A stretch of DNA of 64,000 bases from Candidatus Poribacteria bacterium (GTDB lineage: Bacteria > Poribacteria > WGA-4E > WGA-3G), in contig JAJDTM010000026.1 in NCBI GenBank assembly GCA_022827185.1, forward strand, positions 27,964 through 91,963, written 5' to 3'. Shown here in pieces: positions 55,231 through 64,000 of the stretch (positions within the stretch are counted from its first letter, which is position 1; the number at the start of each line of letters is the position of its first letter). The position numbers were made by a program, and so were the translations under genes. The notes beneath the pieces are model-generated. The model searched no databases, was not told where the DNA came from, and saw only the letters and a program-made list of their open reading frames with translations.

Positions 55231-57375
55231 ATGCGCCGTGTCATCTCCTTTTGGAGTTTTATCTTAACCATCCTTATTTTCGCGGGTGTCGCATCTGCAG
55301 TAAAAACTTCGTTGTGGGAACAGCAACATCGTGCGGATTTCGAGTCTGGTAAGCCCAAGGACCTTTCACTGACAAGTACCGGAGACGTTATGCTGTCTCT
55401 GAAAATTGATGCCTTCACGAAAATGAAGGAGACCCAAGTCTGGGCACTTGCTGAGGATTCAGCAGGAAACCTTTACGCTGGTACTGGGAACGAAGGGAAA
55501 ATCTATAAAATTAGTGCCGGTGGCGACACTGCTGAACTCTACTATAATTCACCCGAAGTCACCATTTACAGTCTCGCTATCGGCCCTGACGATGTCCTCT
55601 ACGCTGGTACGGGACCCGACGGATTGATTTACAAGATCACTGATGCAACAACCCCCCCAACAACGCTTCTCAATGAGGGCGATAAATATGTGTGGGCATT
55701 GCAGTTTGATGATGCGGGTAATCTCTATGCTGCAACTGGCACCGATGGAAAGATTTACAAGATCACGCCAGAGGGTGAATCGAGTGTCCTCTTTGATGCC
55801 GAAGAAAAAAATATTATGACGCTCCTTCTGCACGAAAACAATTTCTATGCGGGAAGCGGTGACAACGGTATTATCTACCACATTATGGATGATGGCACTG
55901 CAAAGGTCGTTTATCAAGCCAAAGAGAAAGAAATCCGCGCCCTTAAGATGGATAGCAAAGGTAATCTTTACACTGCAGCCGTTACATCTCAACCTGCAGA
56001 ACCTTCAAGAGGTCGACGCGGTGCAAGCAGCGGACCGCCTACGCCCAGTGGACCGCCGCCACCGGGTGGTGGACCGCCGCAAGAAAATAAATCCAATATC
56101 TACAAAATTCGACCGGATGGGACTGCCGTATCAATTTGGAATTCTCCAGAACCTCTTATCTTAGCAATTATGCTGGAAAGCGAATCCCAAATTCTTGTCG
56201 GTACCGGAAATGAAGGGAAAATTTACCGGGTTAACCCGATGAGTGGCGACTCTACTGAAATTGGGAAATGCTCAGCCGATCAGGTCGTCGCGATACATCA
56301 GAAAGCGGTCGATGGAAAAACCAAAACCTTCTTAGCAACTGGGAATCCGGGTAAACTTTTTACGCTTACGACCGATCATGTTGATGAAGGAACGCTTGAG
56401 TCGAAGGTTCACGACGCAAAGAGCCTTTCTCGTTGGGGGAAACTTTCCTGGGAAGGTGAGATGGAAGAAGGGACCGCCATCGCTTTCTCAACGCGTACCG
56501 GTAACACCAAAAAGCCTGATGATACATGGAACGACTGGTCAGAAGAACTCACCACTGCGGAAGGCTCCCAAGTTCCGAATGGAGACGCACAGTACATCCA
56601 GTGGCGCGCGAAATTCACAACCAGCGACGCAGCGAAAACACCTGTCTTGAAGAAGGTTACGCTCGCTTCTGTGCAGGCTAATGTTGAACCACGATTTACC
56701 AGTATTAACGTAGATGATGGCAGCGGCAGCGGTAATCAAGAAACACGGCGTCGTTCTTCTGGTGGAAACGTACCACCGCCAGGCGCGCGAAGTGGAAGTA
56801 GCGGCGGATCCGGGGGTGGAGACAGTGCACCCTCTAAAAAATGGAAGGTTACTTGGAAGGTTGAGGATGCAAATGCCGATACGCTCCAGTATACGCTCTA
56901 CTATAAATCTGTAACGGAAGAAAACTGGCGGCTCCTGAAAAAGGAATTAACCAAAGCCGAATTTGAGTGGGATATCACTACCGTCGCAGATGGACGATAT
57001 AAGGTAAAAGTTGTCGCTACTGACAAATTGAGCAATCCGGTCGGTTGGGCAAAATCCGCTGATAAAGTGAGTATGCCGTTTGATGTTGATAATACCCAAC
57101 CTTCTGTCGGGGAAATTCAGGTCACTCCGAATGGCAATGGCACCTTCAAAATCGCTTGTGCCGTTACGGATATGGGCACGCCCATCCAGAAAGCCGTCTA
57201 TAAAATTGACAACGATGAGAACTGGAAGGCTATCTTCCCCGAAGACGGTATCTTCGATTCTAAAAGCGAGCAGCTGCTCTTAGAAACCGGTGAACTTCCC
57301 GAAGGCGGACATGCCATTACCATTCAGGTAACAGATAGGGCACAAAATACGGCAGTCGGTCGTACGGGTTTCTAA
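55231..57375 (+). CDS. Secreted beta-propeller (NHL/WD-like) protein with C-terminal FN3/Ig domains
   Basis: Repeats of 'VWAL..D..GNLYAGTG..GKIYKI'; Pro/Gly-rich linkers; TRTGNT..PDDTW; DGRYKVKVVATD; DRAQN. Confidence 0.75.
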   Translation: MRRVISFWSFILTILIFAGVASAVKTSLWEQQHRADFESGKPKDLSLTSTGDVMLSLKIDAFTKMKETQVWALAEDSAGNLYAGTGNEGKIYKISAGGDTAELYYNSPEVTIYSLAIGPDDVLYAGTGPDGLIYKITDATTPPTTLLNEGDKYVWALQFDDAGNLYAATGTDGKIYKITPEGESSVLFDAEEKNIMTLLLHENNFYAGSGDNGIIYHIMDDGTAKVVYQAKEKEIRALKMDSKGNLYTAAVTSQPAEPSRGRRGASSGPPTPSGPPPPGGGPPQENKSNIYKIRPDGTAVSIWNSPEPLILAIMLESESQILVGTGNEGKIYRVNPMSGDSTEIGKCSADQVVAIHQKAVDGKTKTFLATGNPGKLFTLTTDHVDEGTLESKVHDAKSLSRWGKLSWEGEMEEGTAIAFSTRTGNTKKPDDTWNDWSEELTTAEGSQVPNGDAQYIQWRAKFTTSDAAKTPVLKKVTLASVQANVEPRFTSINVDDGSGSGNQETRRRSSGGNVPPPGARSGSSGGSGGGDSAPSKKWKVTWKVEDANADTLQYTLYYKSVTEENWRLLKKELTKAEFEWDITTVADGRYKVKVVATDKLSNPVGWAKSADKVSMPFDVDNTQPSVGEIQVTPNGNGTFKIACAVTDMGTPIQKAVYKIDNDENWKAIFPEDGIFDSKSEQLLLETGELPEGGHAITIQVTDRAQNTAVGRTGF

Positions 57376-57388
57376 CCAAATCGGTTCA

Positions 57389-57420
57389 AGGGCGGGTTTA
57401 AATACCCGCCCTATTTTTTT
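57389..57420. terminator. Intrinsic terminator hairpin between convergent genes
   Basis: agggcgggt-ttaaat-acccgccct then attttttt. Confidence 0.75.
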
Positions 57421-58775
57421 GTAACCGTCTCAATTGAACTATAAACGATGTCCAACAGGGTGTCTAACTCTGAAATCGTGATTTGCAACGGCGGCATCAA
57501 GACAATAGTATTCACAAGAGGTCGGAGCATCGCTCCACGTGTGAGTGCCGCTTTGCAAACCCGGATACCTACCTTTTCTTCAAATGGATAAGGTGCGCGT
57601 GTGTCTGGGTTTTTCATGAGTTCAACACCGGCGGCGAGACCACACACCCGCACATCGCCAACGTGCGGTAGCGCGTAGAAATCCTGAAGCCGATTTCTGA
57701 AATGATCAATAGTGGGTTGAATTTGGGATAAGAGGTTCTCACGTTCAAAAATAGCGATATTTTCTAATGCAACGGCGCATGCTAACGGATTTCCTGTGAA
57801 TGTATGACCGTGGAAGAAAGTTTTGAGGTCGCTATATTCGCCGAGGAAGGCGTCGTAGATGTCGTCAGTCGTTAGCGTTGCAGCAAGCGGAAGGTAGCCC
57901 GCGGCAAGTCCCTTTGCTGTGCATAAGATGTCGGGTGTAACGTCCTCGTGCTCACATGCCCACATTTTGCCGGTCCGCCCAAATCCAGTCATCACCTCAT
58001 CGGCAATGAGAAGCACTTTCCACGCTTTCGCAAGCGTACTAAGTGCCTTCAGGAACCCTTTTGGCGCGACAAGCATCCCACCCGCGCCTTGAATTAACGG
58101 CTCTAAAATAATACCAGCAATCTGTCCGGCATTTTCGGAGAGTGCGGCTTCTACTGCACGAATCCAATCGGTTATTGTTGAAGCGTTGTTAGCAGACGTG
58201 TCAACATTGCGAGAGGGATGATAAGTTTCAGCAGTAGATACACGCACGCCCTTAAAAAGGAGAGAATCAAAAGTAGTGTGAAAACTATCAATACCACCGA
58301 CACTCATAGCCCCTATCGTGTCTCCGTGGTATGCCTTATCGAAATGAATAAACAGTTTTCGGTGCGATTCTCCTTTGTGTTGCCAGTACTGGTACACCAT
58401 CTTCAAGGCGATTTCGACAGCGGTTGAACCGTTATCAGAATAAAATACCTTGTTGAGTCCTACCGGCGTGGTTTCTACCAGTTTTTGTGCAAGTTGAATC
58501 GCAGGAATGTTGCTGTAGCCGAGCAGTGTCGTGTGTGCGATTTTACCCAGCTGCGTCTTGAGGGCTGTGTTCAGTTGTGGGTGATTGTGTCCGTGGACAT
58601 TCGTCCACATGGAGGCGGTTCCGTCAATATACCGATTTCCGTCGATAGCAATGAGGTAGCATCCCTCACCACGTTCAATAATGACGGGATCTTCTGCCAA
58701 CCAATCCTGCATTTGCGTGAACGGGTGCCAGAGGTAACGCTTATCCCAAGCCACAAGCGTCTCTTTATCCAACAT
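57411..58775 (-). CDS. bioA: Adenosylmethionine-8-amino-7-oxononanoate transaminase
   Basis: LWHPFTQM, SDNGSTAVEIALK, YHGDTIG, EPLIQGAGGM, DEVMTGFGRTG, AKGL, FFHGHTFTGNP. Confidence 0.93.
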   Translation of the reverse strand: MLDKETLVAWDKRYLWHPFTQMQDWLAEDPVIIERGEGCYLIAIDGNRYIDGTASMWTNVHGHNHPQLNTALKTQLGKIAHTTLLGYSNIPAIQLAQKLVETTPVGLNKVFYSDNGSTAVEIALKMVYQYWQHKGESHRKLFIHFDKAYHGDTIGAMSVGGIDSFHTTFDSLLFKGVRVSTAETYHPSRNVDTSANNASTITDWIRAVEAALSENAGQIAGIILEPLIQGAGGMLVAPKGFLKALSTLAKAWKVLLIADEVMTGFGRTGKMWACEHEDVTPDILCTAKGLAAGYLPLAATLTTDDIYDAFLGEYSDLKTFFHGHTFTGNPLACAVALENIAIFERENLLSQIQPTIDHFRNRLQDFYALPHVGDVRVCGLAAGVELMKNPDTRAPYPFEEKVGIRVCKAALTRGAMLRPLVNTIVLMPPLQITISELDTLLDIVYSSIETVTKK

Positions 58776-58791
58776 GAGACTTACCCGCCAT

Positions 58792-58886
58792 TATTGGACT
58801 TGCGCATTTTTCCATGATAACGAACGTCCTACGCGCTGCAGTCGGGGTTTGAAACCCCGCCAGCAAGAGGCTGCGTAAGTCCTATA
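58792..58886. mobile_element. 95-bp MITE-like element with terminal inverted repeats
   Basis: tattggacttgcgca ... tgcgtaagtcctata (13/15 inverted match); internal hairpin cggggttt-g-aaaccccg. Confidence 0.6.
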
Positions 58887-58946
58887 ATTGTAAGGACAAC
58901 GTTTTTGCGTATCCATTGGACTTTGGTCACAGCGAACCGTTAAAAC

Positions 58947-60233
58947 CTATCCCTTGAGTTTTGCATAGTGAACGGGCGGTTCCAAGGCAAGTGCCTCGTA
59001 TGTCCCTATCTTCGGTACAATAATTTCAAGCACCCTGTTCCGATAAATTGTATGGAAATCCTCAGGTTGTGCTTGAATCGGGAAGATGCTTGTAAAGCCG
59101 TTAGGGAAGGAACTTGTACGTCCGACGACCTTTTCAAACCTCGGATCTTCCATTTGTCCAGTCTTAGGATCCACAGGGAGCTGTGTCTGAACCGTCACGG
59201 TGGTTTCGGGTGATGGTGTCGTATCTATAGCACATGGCGAACTTAGGCAAACTTCATAGTCATAGTGTGGCATTCTATCAGGAAGATCATACGTTTGCTT
59301 CGCAGCAGAGTTCGGTACCCATCGTGGGAATTCAATCTCGATTCGGTAATAATCCGCCATTTCTGAGACTTGATTGACCATTCCGTAGCGCCGGTATCGT
59401 TCTTTTATGTCATCGGCGTAAATCGCACCATCTGTCTCTACTGCTCCCGGCATCGTTGTCCGGTGTGCTGCAGTGGCATCAACCAGGGCGGGACGCAGAC
59501 CAATAAGCAGTGGAGTCGCTACAAGTGACGCGAACCAACCGTAGAATGCCGCTCCGTAACGCGGTTGCTCAGTTGTTGAACTAAATTCGTCTTTAAACCG
59601 GTAGATACCTTCGGTTATCGCGATGACGATCCCGAGAAAAATCATCAAGTTGCCTCTACTTGAAAAAAGGTCGGGCGCTTGTCCTTGGAATCCGATAAAG
59701 AAAAGGATGAGCGGATAGAGGGTTAGATTGATTAGACTGTTGATGCCTGTAGATACGGCGGCACTAAAGACGCGCGTGTTCCCTGCCATCTCTTCAAGCC
59801 GTGTTTTAAAATTTGCTGAGAACGCACCGAGAATAGGTTGTCCAAGCATCACTAATAAGTTGTACGGTGTTCGCAGTCTTGAATCTGGTGCCTCTGGTAT
59901 CTGTACAAATTCTTCCGGAATACCTTGTTGTTTTTTTTGTTTGGTTTTTCCGGCCTCGTCGGTTCCTTCAGCCGCAACTTCAGGTTTAACAAAGGTCTCA
60001 AAAAACTTGCTGTTTATTTCAATATATGATTCCCACTCACTTGGAACATCACTTTGCATAAAAATCGCGGTAACCGGACACTCGGGTTCACACGCGGCGC
60101 AATCTATACACACATCTGGGTCGATGTAAAGTTGATTTTCACCTTCGCTGGTATGTATGCAGTCCACGGGACAGACATCAACACATGCTGTGTCCTTTAC
60201 GTCGACACACGGTTCACAAATTATATAAGCCAT
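58947..60233 (-). CDS. 7Fe-type ferredoxin fused to a membrane domain and an HSP20/alpha-crystallin-like C-terminal domain
   Basis: MAYIICEPCVDVKDTACVDVCPVDCIH...YIDPDVCIDCAACEPECPV; about 3 TMs; EMADYYRIEIEFP...YRNRVLEIIVPK. Confidence 0.75.
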   Translation of the reverse strand: MAYIICEPCVDVKDTACVDVCPVDCIHTSEGENQLYIDPDVCIDCAACEPECPVTAIFMQSDVPSEWESYIEINSKFFETFVKPEVAAEGTDEAGKTKQKKQQGIPEEFVQIPEAPDSRLRTPYNLLVMLGQPILGAFSANFKTRLEEMAGNTRVFSAAVSTGINSLINLTLYPLILFFIGFQGQAPDLFSSRGNLMIFLGIVIAITEGIYRFKDEFSSTTEQPRYGAAFYGWFASLVATPLLIGLRPALVDATAAHRTTMPGAVETDGAIYADDIKERYRRYGMVNQVSEMADYYRIEIEFPRWVPNSAAKQTYDLPDRMPHYDYEVCLSSPCAIDTTPSPETTVTVQTQLPVDPKTGQMEDPRFEKVVGRTSSFPNGFTSIFPIQAQPEDFHTIYRNRVLEIIVPKIGTYEALALEPPVHYAKLKG

Positions 60234-60266
60234 TTTTCCCTCCTTTTTATGGATGTTTCACTGTTA

Positions 60267-60347
60267 AGTATACCACAATTTTGTGTTGATGGCAAGCAAT
60301 ATTTCTATTTTTCACAGTTTGACAAATAGGCGGATCGTGCTTATAAT
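60267..60347. promoter_or_regulatory. Divergent sigma70 promoters (ferredoxin fusion / truD)
   Basis: Minus strand TTGCCA-N17-TATACT (60267-60295); plus strand TTGACA-N17-TATAAT (60319-60347). Confidence 0.75.
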
Positions 60348-60350
60348 AGC

Positions 60351-61478
60351 GTGATGACTAAGACACATCAGGAAGATCGAATGTTTAAGGAACCGGAAGA
60401 TTTTATCGTTGAAGAACTACCGCTTTATGAACCCTCTGGAGCAGGGGCACATACCTATTTTGCTATTCGGAAACGGAATCTTAGCACGTTGGAGGCTATT
60501 AACCGTATTGCCCGGGAACTACAAGTGTCAACACGAGATTTCGGGTATGCGGGCTTAAAGGATAAACATGCCATTACAACACAGGTATTGTCTGTTGAAG
60601 GTGTAACACCGGAACGGGTTTTGGAGATTGAACAGCCGGGTGTTGAAGTCTTATGGGCAGAGAGGCACACACATAAATTGCGAGTGGGACACCTTCGCGG
60701 CAACCGCTTTGCGCTAACGCTGCACGATATGCCTCACGATACATTGTCTCTTGTTAAAGCGGTGATAGAGCGATTGGTAACTGAAGGTGTACCGAATCGG
60801 TTTGGCGCGCAACGGTTTGGGAACAAAAATGATTCACATCTGATCGGAAAAGCGTTGCTGAAAGCAGAATGGGAAACGGTGCTGCATTATATGCTCACAG
60901 CGGACGCACTGCAAGTGGACGCTGTCGCGCGGCGTATGCAGCGCGAATTAGCACGGAAGCCTGTTGAAAAGGTGATAACTTCTATTCCGCATCGGTTGCG
61001 CAAGTTATATCTGTCAGCGTATCAAGCGCATCTCTTCAACAGTATCTTGGAGAAGCGGATGCCGCATTTAGGCAAATTCCTTGAGGGTGACATTGCCGTG
61101 AAACATAGCAACGGTGCCCCCTTTCTTGTTCCGAATCCAACGATTGAACAACGGCGTGCAGATACGTTTGAGATTAGTCCTTCGGGACCGATCTTCGGGT
61201 ACAAGATGCGGCTGCCGACGGGCGATGTACTAACTTTAGAGATGTCGCTTCTCGCAGATGAAGGCGTACGTTTTGAACAATTTCGTAAGGGCGTGGGGGT
61301 TCGGTTACCGGGGACGCGTAGACCGTTGCGGATGCCGATACAATCACATGAAGTGTCTGCTGTTGACAATGATTTGGGAATCCGTCTCGGTTTTACGCTT
61401 CCTGCAGGTGGATATGCGACAGTGGTTGTGGAGGAACTCTTGGCAGGAATACCGTCTTCGGAGAGGGTTAGCTCTTAA
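60351..61478 (+). CDS. truD: tRNA pseudouridine(13) synthase
   Basis: PEDFIVEE, GYAGLKDKHAITTQ, GHLRGNRF, PNRFGAQRFG, SAYQAHLFN, FTLPAGGYAT. Confidence 0.95.
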   Translation: MMTKTHQEDRMFKEPEDFIVEELPLYEPSGAGAHTYFAIRKRNLSTLEAINRIARELQVSTRDFGYAGLKDKHAITTQVLSVEGVTPERVLEIEQPGVEVLWAERHTHKLRVGHLRGNRFALTLHDMPHDTLSLVKAVIERLVTEGVPNRFGAQRFGNKNDSHLIGKALLKAEWETVLHYMLTADALQVDAVARRMQRELARKPVEKVITSIPHRLRKLYLSAYQAHLFNSILEKRMPHLGKFLEGDIAVKHSNGAPFLVPNPTIEQRRADTFEISPSGPIFGYKMRLPTGDVLTLEMSLLADEGVRFEQFRKGVGVRLPGTRRPLRMPIQSHEVSAVDNDLGIRLGFTLPAGGYATVVVEELLAGIPSSERVSS

Positions 61479-61526
61479 GTTTTATTTCCGATGCTATTCC
61501 GGCGCGAGAAGTCAATTTTGATGGTT

Positions 61527-63170
61527 TTAGTCTTCTTGTGCCGTTTGTCTGGATTTTCGGAATCTGTAAAACGTCCACGCTCCGGAGGCAAGTAACATAA
61601 CTAACAGCACAACGAGACCGATATTGAGGAGATAACGACCCCGATTGAGGTGCAACAACCGTTGGTTTGCCAATTGCGCGGCAGGCGTTCCCTTTTCTGC
61701 CTTCGTTTTTACCTCTTCCCAATACTTTTTTGCGAGGGCAATCTGACCGAGCTGTTCCGCCAGTTTCGCTGTAACTACCAGATAGGTAACATCCTGAACG
61801 TCTTGTCTTTCTAACGCATCGGCGAACGAACTCAGGAGTAAGACTGTTAAATCTTGCGACATTTGCGGGAAATCGGTCGTGCGCTCAATTCCGTTCTGGA
61901 AAGCGGTGACAGCCCCTTGGTGGTTATTTCGATCAAACTCAAGTTGCGACACCTCAAACCATGTCCGCTTAATAAGTTGGATCGGTTGTGCTATGTCGCT
62001 ATAACCGTCAAAGGTGAAGGTCGCCGAACCGTAATTCAAGCTTTCCTGTTTCGCGTAGAGTGTATAGGTCTCACCGAGAGTCAGTGAATCTGAATCTTTC
62101 CACTCATCAAAGCGAAAAATCCCATTTGCGCCCACAGTCTGTTGGTGTGTTGTTCCATCGATCCAAACGATAGTACCGGCAGCCGATTCACCCGGAACCG
62201 CTGTAATAGTACCGTGAACAGCAATAGGATCAAGTACCCAACTCAGGTAAACGGACTCGCCAAGTATCAGTTGTAAATCAACGGTCTTGGAGGCAGGAAT
62301 AATGTACCCAGTTTTCTTTACAGATATTATGGACGTACCTTGGTGGAGGTTCTCTGTGATGAGTCTGGGGGTATTTCCGACTTCTCTATCGTTGATAGAA
62401 ATTTGCGCGCCTTCGGGAAGTGTTGTGATCTTAAGTGCTGGACTCAGTTTAAGCAGTGCTATTTCGACATCACCGGTTGGGGCGAGGATCCCGTCCACAA
62501 ATTTGGCGTTCGTCCGCAACAATTCATAGGTTTCAAGGATGCTCAGCTGCCGATTATCGTCCGAATCGGTTGTATCTGTCGTGAGTGCAGCGTGGAGTTC
62601 TTGAAGGAGTGCTGTAGCGTCTGCTTTTTCTGCGGATTGAATCACGTTCAGTGCGGCGGTGCCGAGCGTCTCGCGGTTGGCATAGTAAGCACTTAAGTTT
62701 GTATCCTCTGTATAACCATCAACAATAACAACGGTTTGTTCTCTTTGCGTCTGTCTAAACCATTCATTGAGGGTAGCATCTTGAACGCCATCTTCATCTC
62801 CCTGCGTCAACAGGTGCATCGTCGGCATCCCCTTCGGTTTAGTGACCATCCCGTGATATAAAAAGATTAAAGTATCTTGTACCTGTGTCTGCCCTCCAAT
62901 TTCTTGGAGAAGTGATTGAATCTCTTCGGTTGTTGCACGCTCGCCTTCAATATGATGGATTTGTGCACTCGGTACCTTTCCGCGTGATGTTAGGAGTTCG
63001 GTAAGCGAATTCAGTTGTTCATGTGCACGGGCATCCGGTGTTGCGTCTACAAGCAACCAATACGTCCCAGCGTCATCCGAAAACACCGGTGGCGAGGTGA
63101 TGACAATAGATACGACACAGATAAAAATGGATATGAAAATGGAATTCCGAAGTGACATATTTCTACCCAC
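61527..63170 (-). CDS. Secreted/membrane-anchored protein: caspase-like domain + PEGA + Ig-like + TPR-like + C-terminal TM
   Basis: Signal peptide (start possibly ATG 63158); EGERATTEEI...DTLIFLYHG...VIVDG; LKITTLPEGAQISIND..GNTP (PEGA); C-terminal hydrophobic helix plus RFRKSR. Confidence 0.65.
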   Translation of the reverse strand: MGRNMSLRNSIFISIFICVVSIVITSPPVFSDDAGTYWLLVDATPDARAHEQLNSLTELLTSRGKVPSAQIHHIEGERATTEEIQSLLQEIGGQTQVQDTLIFLYHGMVTKPKGMPTMHLLTQGDEDGVQDATLNEWFRQTQREQTVVIVDGYTEDTNLSAYYANRETLGTAALNVIQSAEKADATALLQELHAALTTDTTDSDDNRQLSILETYELLRTNAKFVDGILAPTGDVEIALLKLSPALKITTLPEGAQISINDREVGNTPRLITENLHQGTSIISVKKTGYIIPASKTVDLQLILGESVYLSWVLDPIAVHGTITAVPGESAAGTIVWIDGTTHQQTVGANGIFRFDEWKDSDSLTLGETYTLYAKQESLNYGSATFTFDGYSDIAQPIQLIKRTWFEVSQLEFDRNNHQGAVTAFQNGIERTTDFPQMSQDLTVLLLSSFADALERQDVQDVTYLVVTAKLAEQLGQIALAKKYWEEVKTKAEKGTPAAQLANQRLLHLNRGRYLLNIGLVVLLVMLLASGAWTFYRFRKSRQTAQED

Positions 63171-63255
63171 AAATTATCTTCTACGACATTTTAAGAGAGT
63201 AGTTTAACATAAAACCTAAATATTTGCAAGAAAATGAACCAGTTTAGGGGTCAAA

Positions 63256-63287
63256 ATGTCTAAACTTTTAATGAAGAATTGCGTCAA
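63256..63287 (+). promoter_or_regulatory. ECF-sigma-like promoter upstream of the TolC-family gene
   Basis: atgtctAAAC-N16-CGTCaa; a weaker tgttGAAC-N16-CATC lies at 63488-63515. Confidence 0.45.
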
Positions 63288-63537
63288 AATACATAAATGA
63301 GGTATTTTGGTGTTGCTTGCAAATTAAAATCTGCCCTTAAGAAATTAGGTGAATGTCTCTGGTTTAAAGCGTGTTTGGAAGTTGGGCTATCACCAGACGA
63401 AACTAAAGAGAGACATAGACTTTATAATCTATATAATAATGCGGTTTTGGTGAAATTTACAATTTCTCAAAACTGATTATCAGAACGTGTTGAACCGACA
63501 TAAGGTGTATACATCGGAATTGGACAAGGAGATGTTA

Positions 63538-64000
63538 ATGATTGACGGGAAAATAAAGTTAACTATTTTATCAAGACTCACGGCTTCGCCAAAAGCACGG
63601 CGTAAAAATTTTTCAAATGTGCTTTTAAAAACTGTTCTTATGCTTCAGTTCGCAGTGGTTCTTTGTGTCGGGGCACAAGAACCTGTCGGCGAAGTTGACT
63701 TATCGCAACCTTTAACGCTTGAACAGTGTATCCAGATAGGTTTAGAAAGATCAACAAGCATGCGAAATGCACGGCTGAATCTCGCTATACAGGAACTCCG
63801 CGTAAAAAATGCGCGCGCCCAGTATTTTCCACAAATTTTTTCAAACGGCAACTACGATTTTTCTGACCGCATTGACTTCGGTTTTGAACCGGAAAACTAT
63901 AATTTAGGCCTACGTGGACAATATACAATTTGGGACAACGGGCAGCGAGAGGGAAGTTTCGCACAAGCGAAGGAGAGCCGGAGTGCTACCGTCAGCCGCA
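63538..64000 (+). CDS. TolC-family outer-membrane protein (3' part runs off the window)
   Basis: Not in the ORF track; AAGGAG RBS; translation gives a signal peptide, then PLTLEQCIQIGLERS...ARAQYFP...GQYTIWDNG. Confidence 0.8.
   Translation, partial: MIDGKIKLTILSRLTASPKARRKNFSNVLLKTVLMLQFAVVLCVGAQEPVGEVDLSQPLTLEQCIQIGLERSTSMRNARLNLAIQELRVKNARAQYFPQIFSNGNYDFSDRIDFGFEPENYNLGLRGQYTIWDNGQREGSFAQAKESRSATVSR

Noticed and set aside
57411-58775. Lysine-dependent BioK assignment from the HPFTQM motif
   Set aside because: Phe at this position is widespread among BioA proteins and is not diagnostic.

Overview
Gene-dense bacterial chromosomal window. Several features together suggest Candidatus Poribacteria (sponge symbiont); this is an inference from recalled genome content, not a search result. 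They are secreted proteins ending in an 'AVEPxGKLxxTWxxLK'-type tail, a WD40-cohesin-dockerin protein with an 'LLPNYPNPFNPETWIPYQL' C-terminal domain, and PhyH, Uma2, FGE-sulfatase and AAA-PD(D/E)XK genes. The centrepiece is a ~14 kb type II secretion-like operon (gspE-F-G-H-I-J-K, a PilM/PilN-like GspL, GspM, and a GspD with six N-domains). It is preceded by two ECF-sigma-like promoters and followed by three secreted proteins that share a short Trp-containing C-terminal motif, a candidate sorting signal. Other notable loci are a divergent squalene-hopene-cyclase-like gene overlapping a GT2 gene, a 7Fe-ferredoxin/membrane/alpha-crystallin-like fusion, a ceruloplasmin-like multicopper oxidase, a circularly permuted SpoIVB-type peptidase paired with a beta-propeller protein, and a pseudo-caspase/PEGA membrane protein. 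The window also holds tRNA-Asn, housekeeping genes (gmhA, actP, glpK, bioA, truD) and several families of tiny dispersed intergenic repeats. No CRISPR array, rRNA, integrase or transposase was seen. All calls come from reading motifs by eye; no database search was run.
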